In this document: positions 1 to 12,219 of the stretch, piece after piece | How the letters are laid out: each line of letters starts with the position of its first letter | Numbering within the stretch: position 1 is the stretch's first letter | NCBI GenBank assembly: GCA_964247615.1 | Contig: CAXTVC010000001.1 | Span: 21,827 to 85,826, forward strand | Origin: an uncultured Acidobacteriaceae bacterium | Lineage (GTDB): Bacteria > Acidobacteriota > Terriglobia > Terriglobales > Acidobacteriaceae | DNA: 64,000 nt | Reading direction: 5' to 3' | The notes under the pieces: generated by a model | What the model saw: only the letters and a program-made list of their open reading frames with translations | Databases searched by the model: none | What the model was told of the DNA's origin: nothing | Program-made: the position numbers and the translations under genes

Positions 1-438
1 CAATCCGCCATCCGTGATCTGCTTGTGACGACGGCCATCAGCAGCCAGGACGAGCTGCGTCGCAAGCTCGTCAGCAGGGGATTTCGCGTGACGCAGGCGA
101 CGCTGTCCCGTGACATCCATGAGCTGCGATTGCTGAAGGGTCCGTCCGGGTATGCTCTTCCCGGCTCCGGCGCGGCAACGCAGGACAACGCTTTCGACTC
201 GCTACCGGCAGTGGCCAACCTGCTCGCGACGTTTGGAGTGGAAGTCCGTCAATCGGCGAATCTTCTTGTTCTCTTAACCGCAAAGGGTGCAGCCCAGCCT
301 GTTGCGGCGGGTATTGATGATGAGGAGTGGGTGGAGTGCCTTGGCACGATCGCCGGGGACGATACGGTGCTGTTGATCTGCGCCGATCTGCCTGCAGCCA
401 ACACGCTTCGCCGCAGAGTGGAGGCCCTTCTTGCCTGA
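1..438 (+). CDS. argR: Arginine repressor (5' end runs off the window)
   Basis: Frame open from base 1 (QSAIRDLL...); motifs SQDEL, VTQATLSRDI, GTIAGDDT; heads the arg operon. Confidence 0.95.
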   Translation, partial: QSAIRDLLVTTAISSQDELRRKLVSRGFRVTQATLSRDIHELRLLKGPSGYALPGSGAATQDNAFDSLPAVANLLATFGVEVRQSANLLVLLTAKGAAQPVAAGIDDEEWVECLGTIAGDDTVLLICADLPAANTLRRRVEALLA

Positions 439-1546
439 CGTCCTCTTCCCTTCCGCCTTTGTCGAGAGATCCGTTGAACATGAGGACCATGCGACGTTGC
501 GCACGGCTGTAGCTGGCGTTAGCGGCTACTCCGGCGCTGAACTGGCGCGTCTTCTGCTGCGGCATCCACGTTTGACGGAGACTCCTCCAGTGTTTTTAGG
601 CCGCATGGGCAGTGAGGGAGAGGTCACTCGCCTCACCGATCTGCATCCGCAGCTCTCGGGCCTGCCGCGTGCTGAGGAGGCCGTGGTTGAGCCATGGTCC
701 TGGGAGACCCTCGAGCGCAAAGGAACGGAACTGCTCCTGCTTGCCACGCCGCACGAGCAATCCCGCACCTGGGTGCCCGAGGCCCTGGCACGCGGGATAC
801 GGGTTGTGGACCTCTCGGGAGCATGGCGCCTGCAGCACGACGTGAACCGGGCTGTCTACAGGTTCGACAGCCCTGGCGAAGACCTCGCAGCCCGCACACA
901 GGCGGAAGCCGTGTACGGCTCTCCTGAACTAAATGGGCCGGCAATCGCCCACGCCAGACTGGTCGCGAACCCGGGCTGCTACGCAACCTCGGTCATCCTG
1001 GCGCTGGCGCCCATTCTGCGAGCGAACCTGGCTGACCTGGAACGCGGCATTGTTGCGGATGCGAAGTCAGGTGTCTCCGGCGCGGGCAAGTCGCCGACAC
1101 CGACAACACACTTCATGCATGCGGCTGACAATCTATCTGCGTATGCCGTTTTCGGTCATCGCCATACCGGTGAGCTTATGGAACAGCTGGACCTTACATC
1201 GGATCAGATCCAATTCACGCCGCATCTGCTGCCGATCCCCCGCGGCATCCTATCGACTGTGTACGTGCGCCTCAACGAACGCAGCACACCGGACCAGATC
1301 CAGGAATTGTTCAATGATTTCTATGCGATGAGCCCCACGGTTCGGGTGCGGAGGACGCCTACCTTGCCGCAGATCGGGCACGTCGTACGCACGCCTTTTT
1401 GCGATCTGGGCTTCCAACTGGCGCCGGATGGTCAACGGCTGATCGTGATTGCCTGCCTGGATAACCTGCTCAAGGGAGCCGCATCACAGGCTGTCGAAAA
1501 CATGAACCTGATGGCCGGCTGGGGTCAGGCTGAAGGACTCTTGTGA
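431..1546 (+). CDS. argC: N-acetyl-gamma-glutamyl-phosphate reductase
   Basis: GxSGYSG, ANPGCY, SGVSGAG, DNLLKGAA motifs; TTG start overlaps argR by 8 nt (start uncertain). Confidence 0.96.
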   Translation: MPDVLFPSAFVERSVEHEDHATLRTAVAGVSGYSGAELARLLLRHPRLTETPPVFLGRMGSEGEVTRLTDLHPQLSGLPRAEEAVVEPWSWETLERKGTELLLLATPHEQSRTWVPEALARGIRVVDLSGAWRLQHDVNRAVYRFDSPGEDLAARTQAEAVYGSPELNGPAIAHARLVANPGCYATSVILALAPILRANLADLERGIVADAKSGVSGAGKSPTPTTHFMHAADNLSAYAVFGHRHTGELMEQLDLTSDQIQFTPHLLPIPRGILSTVYVRLNERSTPDQIQELFNDFYAMSPTVRVRRTPTLPQIGHVVRTPFCDLGFQLAPDGQRLIVIACLDNLLKGAASQAVENMNLMAGWGQAEGLL

Positions 1547-1644
1547 GACACCTTTCCGCAGCGTTTCTAGCTCGCCTAAGCAAAGCCGAGGGACCGGCTT
1601 TACATTCCCGCCGCACGTCCCAGGGATCGGAGTACACGCAATGA
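1543..1644 (+). CDS. Candidate 33-aa micro-ORF bridging argC and argB
   Basis: GTG overlaps argC stop (GTGA) and its TGA overlaps argB start (ATGA); AAGGA at 1533-1537; no homology evidence. Confidence 0.35.
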   Translation: MRHLSAAFLARLSKAEGPALHSRRTSQGSEYTQ

Positions 1645-2423
1645 AATTTGTTGTAAAACTAGGCGGTGCCGCCCTGGAAGATCCCAAGCTGCTGGGGCAA
1701 TGCGCCCGGGCGGTCGCTGATCTCGCTGGAGATGGACACCGAGTTGCTGTCGTTCACGGCGGCGGCGTTCAGCTCACGCGCGTTCTTGCGCAGATGGGCA
1801 AGCAGAGCGAGTTCATCTCCGGCCTGCGAGTTACTGACGCCGAGACCCGCGATACCGCGCTGATGGTGCTGGGCGGGCGCGTGAACAAAAATCTTGTTGC
1901 CGCGCTGCAGCACCTTAATCAGTCTGCGGTGGGTCTCACGGGTGGAGACGGTCATGTGTTTCGGGCACGCAAGAAGCGCACGGAGCCGGACCTCGGCTTT
2001 GTCGGCGAGATTGCCGCAACCGATCCAAAGTGGCTTGACGCGATCTGGACAATGGGGGCTGTGCCGGTGATCAGCTCCATTGCGCTTGGCTTCGATGGCG
2101 AGTACTACAACATCAACGCGGACGAGATGGCCTCTGCTGCTGCGATTGCAACACATGCCGATGCGCTGGTGTTTCTTACCGATGTGCCCGGCGTGAAGGG
2201 CGCGGACGGCTCCGTGATGCGATGGCTGAACCTCCCCACGGTCAGGCAGCTTGAACGTGATGCCGTGATCACGGGCGGTATGTTGCCCAAGCTTAATGCG
2301 TGCAAGGAGGCCCTGCAACATGGCGTGAAGCGCGTGCGCATTCTCCCTGCTACCGCGGCGAGTCTGTTGCCTGACCTGTGCAGCAGCCGTGTCGATGAAG
2401 GGACCGAGGTCATGGTCGCGTGA
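1641..2423 (+). CDS. argB: Acetylglutamate kinase
   Basis: VVKLGG, VVHGGG, GLRVTD, NINAD, GGMLPK motifs. Confidence 0.96.
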   Translation: MKFVVKLGGAALEDPKLLGQCARAVADLAGDGHRVAVVHGGGVQLTRVLAQMGKQSEFISGLRVTDAETRDTALMVLGGRVNKNLVAALQHLNQSAVGLTGGDGHVFRARKKRTEPDLGFVGEIAATDPKWLDAIWTMGAVPVISSIALGFDGEYYNINADEMASAAAIATHADALVFLTDVPGVKGADGSVMRWLNLPTVRQLERDAVITGGMLPKLNACKEALQHGVKRVRILPATAASLLPDLCSSRVDEGTEVMVA

Positions 2424-2491
2424 CCGCGTCCTTTGCTTTGCTACTTACCGCCATCCCGCGAGGGCTTTGTTTCTATCCGGAGTGCCATTGA
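2420..2491 (+). CDS. Candidate 23-aa micro-ORF bridging argB and argD
   Basis: GTG overlaps argB stop (GTGA) and its TGA overlaps argD start (TGATG); GAGGT at 2406-2410. Confidence 0.33.
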   Translation: MTASFALLLTAIPRGLCFYPECH

Positions 2492-3786
2492 TGTCTGCTG
2501 ACGTTTCCACCTGCAATCTCGCTCAACTTCAGGCCGCCGAGGCAAAGCTTTTGCTGCCCACCTACGAGCGCAATCCCCTGCTCTTTGTCGGAGGTGAAGG
2601 CGTTCACCTTGTCGACGAGGGCGGTGTCGAGTATCTCGATCTTCTCTCGGGGATCGGCGTGTGCGCGCTTGGCTATAACCACCCTGCCGTTACCGCGGCC
2701 ATCACAAAGCAGGCGCAAGCACTGCTGCATACGTCCAATCTGTTCTTTCATCAGCACACCGCGGACCTCGCGTTGCGGCTTACCGAAATCACTGGCCTTG
2801 ACCGTGCCTTCCTTTGCAACTCCGGCACCGAGGCATGGGAAGCAGCACTGAAGCTTGCGCGAGCGAATGCCACCCTGCTGCGGGCAGAAGGCCGGGCTAT
2901 GGGCACGAAGATCCTTGCGCTGGAGCACAGCTTCCACGGACGCACCATGGGCTCGGTGTCCACCACGCACAAGTCTGCTTACCGCGCACCTTTCAGTCCC
3001 TTGATTCCAGACGTGGAGTTCGTTCCCTTCAACGATGTGGAAGCCTTGCGCGCCGCCTTCGATGACACTGTCTGCGCTGTTGCCTTCGAGGTGCTCCAGG
3101 GCGAGGGCGGCATCAATCTTGTCTCAGCGGAGTTCCTCCGCACGGCCCGCGAACTCTGCGATTCAACGGGTGCACTGCTGATCCTGGACGAGATTCAGTC
3201 CGGCATGGGCCGCACCGGCAAGTGGACTGCCTACGAGCACTTCGGCATTCAGCCGGATGTCACAACCCTGGCCAAGCCCTTGGCCAATGGCGTGCCGATC
3301 GGCGCAATGCTTTGCACGGAGGCCGCCGCCCGCGCCATTAAACCCGGCATGCACGGTACGACCTTCGGCGGCAACCCGCTCGCCTGTGCGGTCGCGATTG
3401 CGGTTATCGACACGTTGCGCAAGGATCATCTGCTCGCACACAACGAGGAGGTCGGGCGCTATTTCCAAGGCCAATTGAAGGAGTTACAGGCGAGGTATCC
3501 CGGCGTCGTGGCGGATGTGCGGGGGCTCGGGCTCATGATCGGCATGGAGCTGTTCTCCGCCGACGTCGCGAAGGGTGTGCTGTCCGGTATGCTGAAGCGT
3601 CACATTCTCATCAATCGCACCCACGAGACGGTGCTGCGCTTCCTTCCGCCGTACCTCATCACGGACGCGCACGTCGATCAAACCATCAGAGCTCTCGACG
3701 AGCTTCTCACGGAAGCCGCCGAGAACCATCTGCCCCAACCACAAGCTACCGGCGCGCCCGCGCCTGAAGAGACTGTCCATGGATAA
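2491..3786 (+). CDS. argD: Acetylornithine aminotransferase
   Basis: NSGTEA, FHGRT, DEIQSGMGRTG, TLAK, HGTTFGGNP; ATG 2491 preceded by GGAG. Confidence 0.94.
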   Translation: MSADVSTCNLAQLQAAEAKLLLPTYERNPLLFVGGEGVHLVDEGGVEYLDLLSGIGVCALGYNHPAVTAAITKQAQALLHTSNLFFHQHTADLALRLTEITGLDRAFLCNSGTEAWEAALKLARANATLLRAEGRAMGTKILALEHSFHGRTMGSVSTTHKSAYRAPFSPLIPDVEFVPFNDVEALRAAFDDTVCAVAFEVLQGEGGINLVSAEFLRTARELCDSTGALLILDEIQSGMGRTGKWTAYEHFGIQPDVTTLAKPLANGVPIGAMLCTEAAARAIKPGMHGTTFGGNPLACAVAIAVIDTLRKDHLLAHNEEVGRYFQGQLKELQARYPGVVADVRGLGLMIGMELFSADVAKGVLSGMLKRHILINRTHETVLRFLPPYLITDAHVDQTIRALDELLTEAAENHLPQPQATGAPAPEETVHG

Positions 3787-4867
3787 CAACAAGACCCTGA
3801 CCATGACTCCGCGTAACAACGGCCCCAGTAACCCCAAGCCTGCCAACCTGGGCATACAGTCCGATACAGCCTTTACCGAGGTCGCAAAGGGCCTTGCGGG
3901 ACGCGATCTGACGTCGATTGCGGACCTTTCCGCCTCAGAGCTGGCCGCGATTCTTGAGCTGGCCCATGCGGTGAAATCGAATCCGGAAGACTTCCGCAGC
4001 GCGCTTGATGCACGGCAAATGGTGATGTTCTTTGAAAAGGCATCGCTGCGCACCCGGCTCACCTTTGAGGCTGCGATGAATACGCTGGGCGGCAACGCCA
4101 TTTTCGTCGACCAGACCAAGCAGCCGCTGGGAGAGCGTGAGTCCATTCCGGATGTGGCGCGCAACCTCGAGCGCTGGATGCAGGTCATCGTCCTGCGTAC
4201 CTTCTCGCACGAGACCATCACGGAGATGGCCACCCACGCGAGCGTGCCTGTCATCAATGCGCTCTCCGATCTCGAGCACCCCTGCCAGGCCATCGCCGAC
4301 TTCATGACGCTGGAGGAACGCTTCGGTTCCTTGGAAGGTCTGCGGTTCACCTACGTGGGTGACGGCAACAACGTTTGCCATTCACTTATGCTGGCTGGCG
4401 CGCTGCTCGGGTCGCACATCACGGTGGCCACGCCCAAAGGCTTCGAACCCAAGCTTGAGATCATTCACAAGGCCATTGAGATTGCGGAGTCCACGGGCGG
4501 CTCGCTGACGTTGACCCACGACGCGCAGAAGGCGGCTGAAGAAGCCGATGCGATCTATACCGACGTGTGCACGAGCATGGGCCAGGAGCATGAAGCGGCG
4601 CGGCGCGCTCCCATCTTCAAGCCGTTCCAGGTGAACGAAGAGCTGATGAGCAGGGCGCAGGCTTCGGCTGTGTTCATGCACTGCCTGCCGGCGCACCGCA
4701 ATGCCGAGGTAACCGATGCTGTGCTCGATGGCCCGCAGTCTGTGGTCTTCGACCAGGCGGAAAATCGCATGCATGCGCAGAAGGCCATCACGCTGATGCT
4801 GCTTGGCGGCGCAAAGCGCATCCCGAACAGTCGCAACAAGATCGGCAATCGCAGTCGCCGCGGTTAG
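3779..4867 (+). CDS. argF: Ornithine carbamoyltransferase
   Basis: FEKASLRTR, HPCQ, DxxxSMG, HCLPA, QAENR motifs. Confidence 0.95.
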   Translation: MDNNKTLTMTPRNNGPSNPKPANLGIQSDTAFTEVAKGLAGRDLTSIADLSASELAAILELAHAVKSNPEDFRSALDARQMVMFFEKASLRTRLTFEAAMNTLGGNAIFVDQTKQPLGERESIPDVARNLERWMQVIVLRTFSHETITEMATHASVPVINALSDLEHPCQAIADFMTLEERFGSLEGLRFTYVGDGNNVCHSLMLAGALLGSHITVATPKGFEPKLEIIHKAIEIAESTGGSLTLTHDAQKAAEEADAIYTDVCTSMGQEHEAARRAPIFKPFQVNEELMSRAQASAVFMHCLPAHRNAEVTDAVLDGPQSVVFDQAENRMHAQKAITLMLLGGAKRIPNSRNKIGNRSRRG

Positions 4868-4909
4868 CGGTCTCTCAACGCCTGACGGCAACAACTCTGA
4901 GGTTTTTGA

Positions 4910-7731
<2,822 letters not shown>

Positions 7732-7739
<8 letters not shown>

Positions 7740-8370
7740 GACTTTACCGGAGCTTATCGAAGCGACCGAGCATGTGCCCTCTTCCGCCGACGTGGCACTG
7801 CCACATGTTGAGGTCCACAAGGCTCGCCTGCAGGATGCCCGCGACATCTTCGATCTTGTAAACTCCCTGTCCGGGGACGGCACGCTGCTGCGCCGCTCCT
7901 ACGCCGAGATCTGCGAAAACATTCGCGACTTCACCGTGGCCGAAGCGATCCCTTCTGACAACGCGGCACCGGAGCCCATCTTTCTGGGTTGCGGCGCGTT
8001 GCATCTTTATGGCCCCCACCTTGCCGAGGTACGCAGTATCGTTTTGCACCCGGAGGCGCGTGGACATGGCGCAGGCGGTGAGCTGCTACGTGCGCTGATG
8101 GCTGAGTCTGAAGAGCACGGCGTTGCCACTACTTGCCTCTTCACGCGCATCCCTACCTTCTTCGAGCATTTCGGCTTTCGCGTTGCCGAACGCAATGCCA
8201 TGCCGGACAAGATCTATAAAGACTGCCAGGCCTGCCCACGGCTTTATGCCTGTGATGAGGTCGCGATGGTGAAAGGACCGCTGCCCAACATGGCTGTCCT
8301 AGGACCGATCGAGGTGAAGCAGCCCAAGCTGGTGCAGGTGCAATTCACCCCGACAGGGACACACCGGTAG
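7732..8370 (+). CDS. argA: GNAT acetyltransferase, probable short-form N-acetylglutamate synthase
   Basis: GTG after AAGGAGGT; LAEVRS, RGHGAG acetyl-CoA motif, KIYKDCxxCPxxxxCDE tail; last gene of arg operon. Confidence 0.75.
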
Positions 8371-8413
8371 AGCTCTCCAGGCACCCAGCGCTCGCCGACA
8401 AACAGCCCTTCCG

Positions 8414-9202
8414 CTACCAGGCAAACAGCACGCCATCCCGCTCGGCCATGCGAATCTCACGGCCAAACAGCTCGCTCAGCCTCAGCCCTGTCAGGAGGTC
8501 CTGCTTGGAGCCATCCGCGGTGATTTGTCCGTCTTTCATCATGACCACGCGCTTCATTTCGGGCAGGATGTCGCTCACATGATGCGTGATCATCAGGATG
8601 GCCGTGCCGGCTCGCGCAAGCGCGCCGAGCATCTCGCGAAGATCATGTTGCGCTGCCAGATCGAGTGCGTTAGACGGCTCATCCAGCAACAGCATGCGGC
8701 CGTCGCCGGTGCCCACCAGCGCGCGGCCAATGGCGATCCGACGTTGCTGCCCTGCACTCATCTCGCCTACCAGCCTGTCTCGCAACGACGTTGCACCAAC
8801 CAGCGAGAGAACCTGCGAAGCCCTCATTTCCATGGCCTCAGTCACGGTCAGATTCGGCCATAGCTTTGCACTGGAGAAGAAGCCTGTGAGCAGGGCCTCA
8901 AAACCTGTGTTGCCCCGCATCGCTTCGCCTGGCGGGTCCGCACTCACAACGCCCATTCTGCGCCGCAGCTCGGTCACATCCCATCGCGGTCGGCCGAACA
9001 GGCTTACACGCGTGTGCGGATCCGGCACCGGATACAACTCACACGTGAGCGTCTTCAGCAGAGTCGACTTACCGCAGCCGTTCGGCCCCAGGATGACCAG
9101 ATGCTCGCCGGCGGACAGGCGCAGATTGACGTCTGTGAGGACCAGTCGATCCCCTCGCGCCACGTTTACTTTTTGAAGCTCAATGACGACATCTGGGCCC
9201 AC
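8414..9202 (-). CDS. ABC ATP-binding protein (ModF/YlmA-like), no permease nearby
   Basis: GPNGCGKST, MSAGQQRR, LLLDEP, ITHH; GTG overlaps the GT2 stop. Confidence 0.88.
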   Translation of the reverse strand: MGPDVVIELQKVNVARGDRLVLTDVNLRLSAGEHLVILGPNGCGKSTLLKTLTCELYPVPDPHTRVSLFGRPRWDVTELRRRMGVVSADPPGEAMRGNTGFEALLTGFFSSAKLWPNLTVTEAMEMRASQVLSLVGATSLRDRLVGEMSAGQQRRIAIGRALVGTGDGRMLLLDEPSNALDLAAQHDLREMLGALARAGTAILMITHHVSDILPEMKRVVMMKDGQITADGSKQDLLTGLRLSELFGREIRMAERDGVLFAW

Positions 9203-9891
9203 TAGGACGTGCGCCTCACGCGCCAGAAGACGCCAAGGATGCGCCTGCCGGCCAGAAACGACGCCCGCAGATCCCCCGAAACTTTGGACACACCGCCTAG
9301 GCGCCGCCGGTAGTTGACCGGCATCTCGCGGATACGCAGCTTCATGCGTACAGCCTTGATCTGCATCTCCAGGTTCCATCCAAAGGTCATCTCGCGCATA
9401 TGCATGCGCTCCAGTGCGTCCCGGCGGATGGCGCGGAACGGACCCATGTCCGTGTAGCGGAAGCCATACAGCAGCTTGACCAGGCGCCCAATCAGGTGCG
9501 CCGCAAAGATCTGTGAACGCAGCATGGACCCGGGCTCACGCCGACCCCGGATGCGTGAGCCGATGACGAAGTCCGCCTCCCCGGCAAGGACAGGTGCCAG
9601 CAAGGCAGGCATCTGGGATACGTCATCCGATCCATCGCCGTCCATCATCACGATGACGTTTGTGGAGGGCAGCACGGCAGCGGTGCCCGCAGCCATCGCC
9701 GCCCCATACCCTCGCGGGGAGGTCACCACACGGGCACCAGCCTGCCGGGCTACTGTCCCTGTATCATCCGTGCTGCCGTTATCGACCACGATGCACTCAT
9801 CGATGCTGTTCCAGGGCATCGACCGCACAACCACTCCGATGGACTCCGCTTCATTCAACGCTGGAATCACTACTGAAACACCTGAAGGCAT
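9202..9891 (-). CDS. Glycosyltransferase family 2 (DPM1-like)
   Basis: VVIPALNE, VVDNGSTD, DGD, VIGSR. Confidence 0.92.
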   Translation of the reverse strand: MPSGVSVVIPALNEAESIGVVVRSMPWNSIDECIVVDNGSTDDTGTVARQAGARVVTSPRGYGAAMAAGTAAVLPSTNVIVMMDGDGSDDVSQMPALLAPVLAGEADFVIGSRIRGRREPGSMLRSQIFAAHLIGRLVKLLYGFRYTDMGPFRAIRRDALERMHMREMTFGWNLEMQIKAVRMKLRIREMPVNYRRRLGGVSKVSGDLRASFLAGRRILGVFWRVRRTS

Positions 9892-9931
9892 ACCCGTCAG
9901 TTTACCGCCTGCGAGTACTTGCCTGGGGAGC

Positions 9932-10351
9932 TTACCGCATCTCTTCGGTACGGGGATACCTTGCCGTGACGACTGTGGAGATGCCACCGCGCGGTCGAAA
10001 ATCTCCCTTGACCTCGGCCCACACAGGATCAGTCGCCTTTACCAGATCGTTGAGCACCTGGTTGGCGATGTTCTCCTGAAAGATGCCCAGGTTTCGGTAG
10101 CAGAACAGGTATTCCTTCAAGGACTTCAACTCAAGACAGAGCTCGCGCGGCATATAGCGAATGGTCAGGACACCGAAGTCCGGCAGCCCGGTTTTGGGAC
10201 ACACGCTTGTGAACTCTGGATCATCGATGAGGATCTCGTAAGCTGCGAACTGGTTGCCCCAGGTCTCAATCTCTGGAAAAGGAAAGTCCAGCCCTGACTT
10301 CGCGTGGTCCTCTGTATAGCCTGTCGTGTAACGCTTCTCATCCTGTACCAT
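9932..10351 (-). CDS. queF: preQ1 synthase (7-cyano-7-deazaguanine reductase, unimodular)
   Basis: EFTSVCPKTGLPDF, ELKSLKEY, PRGG. Confidence 0.95.
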   Translation of the reverse strand: MVQDEKRYTTGYTEDHAKSGLDFPFPEIETWGNQFAAYEILIDDPEFTSVCPKTGLPDFGVLTIRYMPRELCLELKSLKEYLFCYRNLGIFQENIANQVLNDLVKATDPVWAEVKGDFRPRGGISTVVTARYPRTEEMR

Positions 10352-10407
10352 TCGTCGCTCCTTGTCGTCTGCGGGTTCGCAAGTGCACCGGCCTGTATAC
10401 GAGCAGA

Positions 10408-10428
10408 AGCCCGGCCTGAAGCCGGGCT
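10408..10428 (-). terminator. Hairpin downstream of the M48 gene; possible weak terminator
   Basis: AGCCCGGC-5nt-GCCGGGCT inverted repeat; poor U tract. Confidence 0.4.
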
Positions 10429-10449
10429 CCTTCGATCCGCCAGCTGCAG

Positions 10450-11649
10450 TTAGTTTCTACGGCCGAGAGTGGGCTTATCGCCCCCGGCATTGTTCGGGTC
10501 ATTCGAGTTCGGATCGTTGTTGGATCCGGCCGTGCGCCGCAGCGTCGGCTTGTTGCCACCCTTTTTGTCGTTCAGCCCACGCTTGTTCTGGATGCGAGCC
10601 AGTCGTGCCTTGACGACGTCGAACTCCGACGTGGTGACCATGTACTCCGGACGGGCCGGCAGAATCGTGGCAATCTCGTTTTCAACGTTGTCGATGCGAT
10701 CCGGCGTTGCGGGATGATCGCTGAAAGCACGCGAGATGGCACCCGGCTTATGCTTCTGCAGTGCATCGAGCTTTTCAAAGATGCTCACCATGCCCTGCGG
10801 ATCATAGCCTGCCTTATACATGTACTGCACACCCAGGAAGTCCGCTTCGGACTCAAACTGCCGCGAAAACTGCAGGAACGTGAGCGGTACGGCGAGCTGC
10901 GATGCCTCGTAGATGCCGTAACCCGTCCATGTACCCTGCGTAAAGATCATCAGCGGGATAGAGCCCAGTTGCATGTAATTCATGCGGGTCATCTCGCGGG
11001 CTGCATGGTGCGCTGCCACATGCGAGATCTCATGTGCCATCACGCCGGCTAACTCATCCTCGGAGTCACACGCCAGGATGAGGCCGGAGTTCACGTAGAA
11101 GAACCCGCCCGGCAGCGCCATGGCGTTGATCTCGTCCGTGTCCAGGACCTTGATCGTGAAGGGTACCTTCGCATCGGAGTTCCGCACGATGTTCTGGCCC
11201 ACCCGATTGACGTACTCCACAATGACGGGGTCGGTGACCAGGTGTGACGACTTCTCAATCTCCATGGAATACTGCTTCCCGTTGGAGATCTCCCAGTTTG
11301 TCGAAAACCAGTTACCCATGCCGCGGCCGCCGATGTTGCGCGTACCAACGGCGTTCACGTCGTCCTCGCTGCCCTGCTTGATATGTGGATCCAGCGCCTC
11401 ACCCGGAGACGGAATCACATCCGCTTTTGCCGATGCCCCGTCGGGCGTCGGCAATGGCTTGCGGTCGCTCTTGGAGTTTTTGGGGTCGGTCTGCGGCACG
11501 GGGACCGGATCGCCAGCCTCCGGCTTCGCGGGGGAGGTCTGGGTGGGGCTGTTCTGCCCGGAAGTCGGGTCGCTGGATGGGACTGGCTGCTGAGAGACAA
11601 GTAGCCCGGTCGGGACCAGCAATGTTGCTGCGATGAGCAGATTGCGCAT
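10450..11649 (-). CDS. Exported M48 family Zn metalloprotease (BepA-like)
   Basis: Signal peptide; INAMALPGG, LAGVMAHEISH (HExxH), ESEAD, DHP. Confidence 0.92.
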   Translation of the reverse strand: MRNLLIAATLLVPTGLLVSQQPVPSSDPTSGQNSPTQTSPAKPEAGDPVPVPQTDPKNSKSDRKPLPTPDGASAKADVIPSPGEALDPHIKQGSEDDVNAVGTRNIGGRGMGNWFSTNWEISNGKQYSMEIEKSSHLVTDPVIVEYVNRVGQNIVRNSDAKVPFTIKVLDTDEINAMALPGGFFYVNSGLILACDSEDELAGVMAHEISHVAAHHAAREMTRMNYMQLGSIPLMIFTQGTWTGYGIYEASQLAVPLTFLQFSRQFESEADFLGVQYMYKAGYDPQGMVSIFEKLDALQKHKPGAISRAFSDHPATPDRIDNVENEIATILPARPEYMVTTSEFDVVKARLARIQNKRGLNDKKGGNKPTLRRTAGSNNDPNSNDPNNAGGDKPTLGRRN

Positions 11650-11705
11650 GGGGAACCTCCGGCGAGTCGGGCTCCTGCCGTGCGGGCGCGGCTCTCCGTA
11701 CCATC

Positions 11706-11733
11706 TTAGACGGATTTGTGCCTCTTTGGTTTC
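11706..11733 (-). promoter_or_regulatory. Candidate ECF sigma promoter for M48 gene
   Basis: Minus strand GAAACC-N15-CGTCTAA, about 55 nt before the ATG. Confidence 0.55.
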
Positions 11734-11768
11734 ATTTCTTCGCCGGCTCTTCCCCTGCCGGCGACCGT

Positions 11769-12200
11769 CTACCAGTTGTTGTACGTGCTGCCGTCAGAGG
11801 CCAGGCCCTGGGCCCCTGAGTGGACGTCACTAATCCCGCCCTGGGTCTCGTTGATGCTCGTCAACGTGTCACTCTGCCCAGTAATCCAGGTATCCGCGTG
11901 GTTCGTTACGGGGTCGATAGGGATCGACTTGAGATAGCCCGCCTGTACCAGATCGTCCAGCGTCTGCGGCGCCTGTTCCTTGTCGACGGTGAAACTATCG
12001 ATGGCCGACCGCATCGTGTGCAGATCCTCGCGCAGAACGGCCTCCCGCGCCCGCTTGACGGAGTTGAGATAGCTCGGGATGGCAATCGACGCAAGCAGTC
12101 CAATAACCGTCATGACGATGATGAGTTCGATCAGCGTGAAGCCGTCGGTGCCGCTGCTATCCCGCGGTCGTTGTCTCGTCTTTCGTTTCGACTCGCTCAT
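11769..12200 (-). CDS. Type II secretion pseudopilin (GspG-like)
   Basis: Prepilin motif G/FTLIELIIV; LxDLVxAGYL and PxDP motifs. Confidence 0.9.
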   Translation of the reverse strand: MSESKRKTRQRPRDSSGTDGFTLIELIIVMTVIGLLASIAIPSYLNSVKRAREAVLREDLHTMRSAIDSFTVDKEQAPQTLDDLVQAGYLKSIPIDPVTNHADTWITGQSDTLTSINETQGGISDVHSGAQGLASDGSTYNNW

Positions 12201-12219
12201 CGCCGCCTCACCCACCTGC

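Noticed and set aside
3779-4867. ArgF as N-acetyl/succinylornithine transcarbamylase because of SLRT
   Set aside because: Retains SMG loop and HCLPAH of true OTCases; lacks HCLPxRR.
10352-10449. preQ1 riboswitch upstream of queF
   Set aside because: No preQ1-I stem-loop with A-rich tail; only a simple hairpin.
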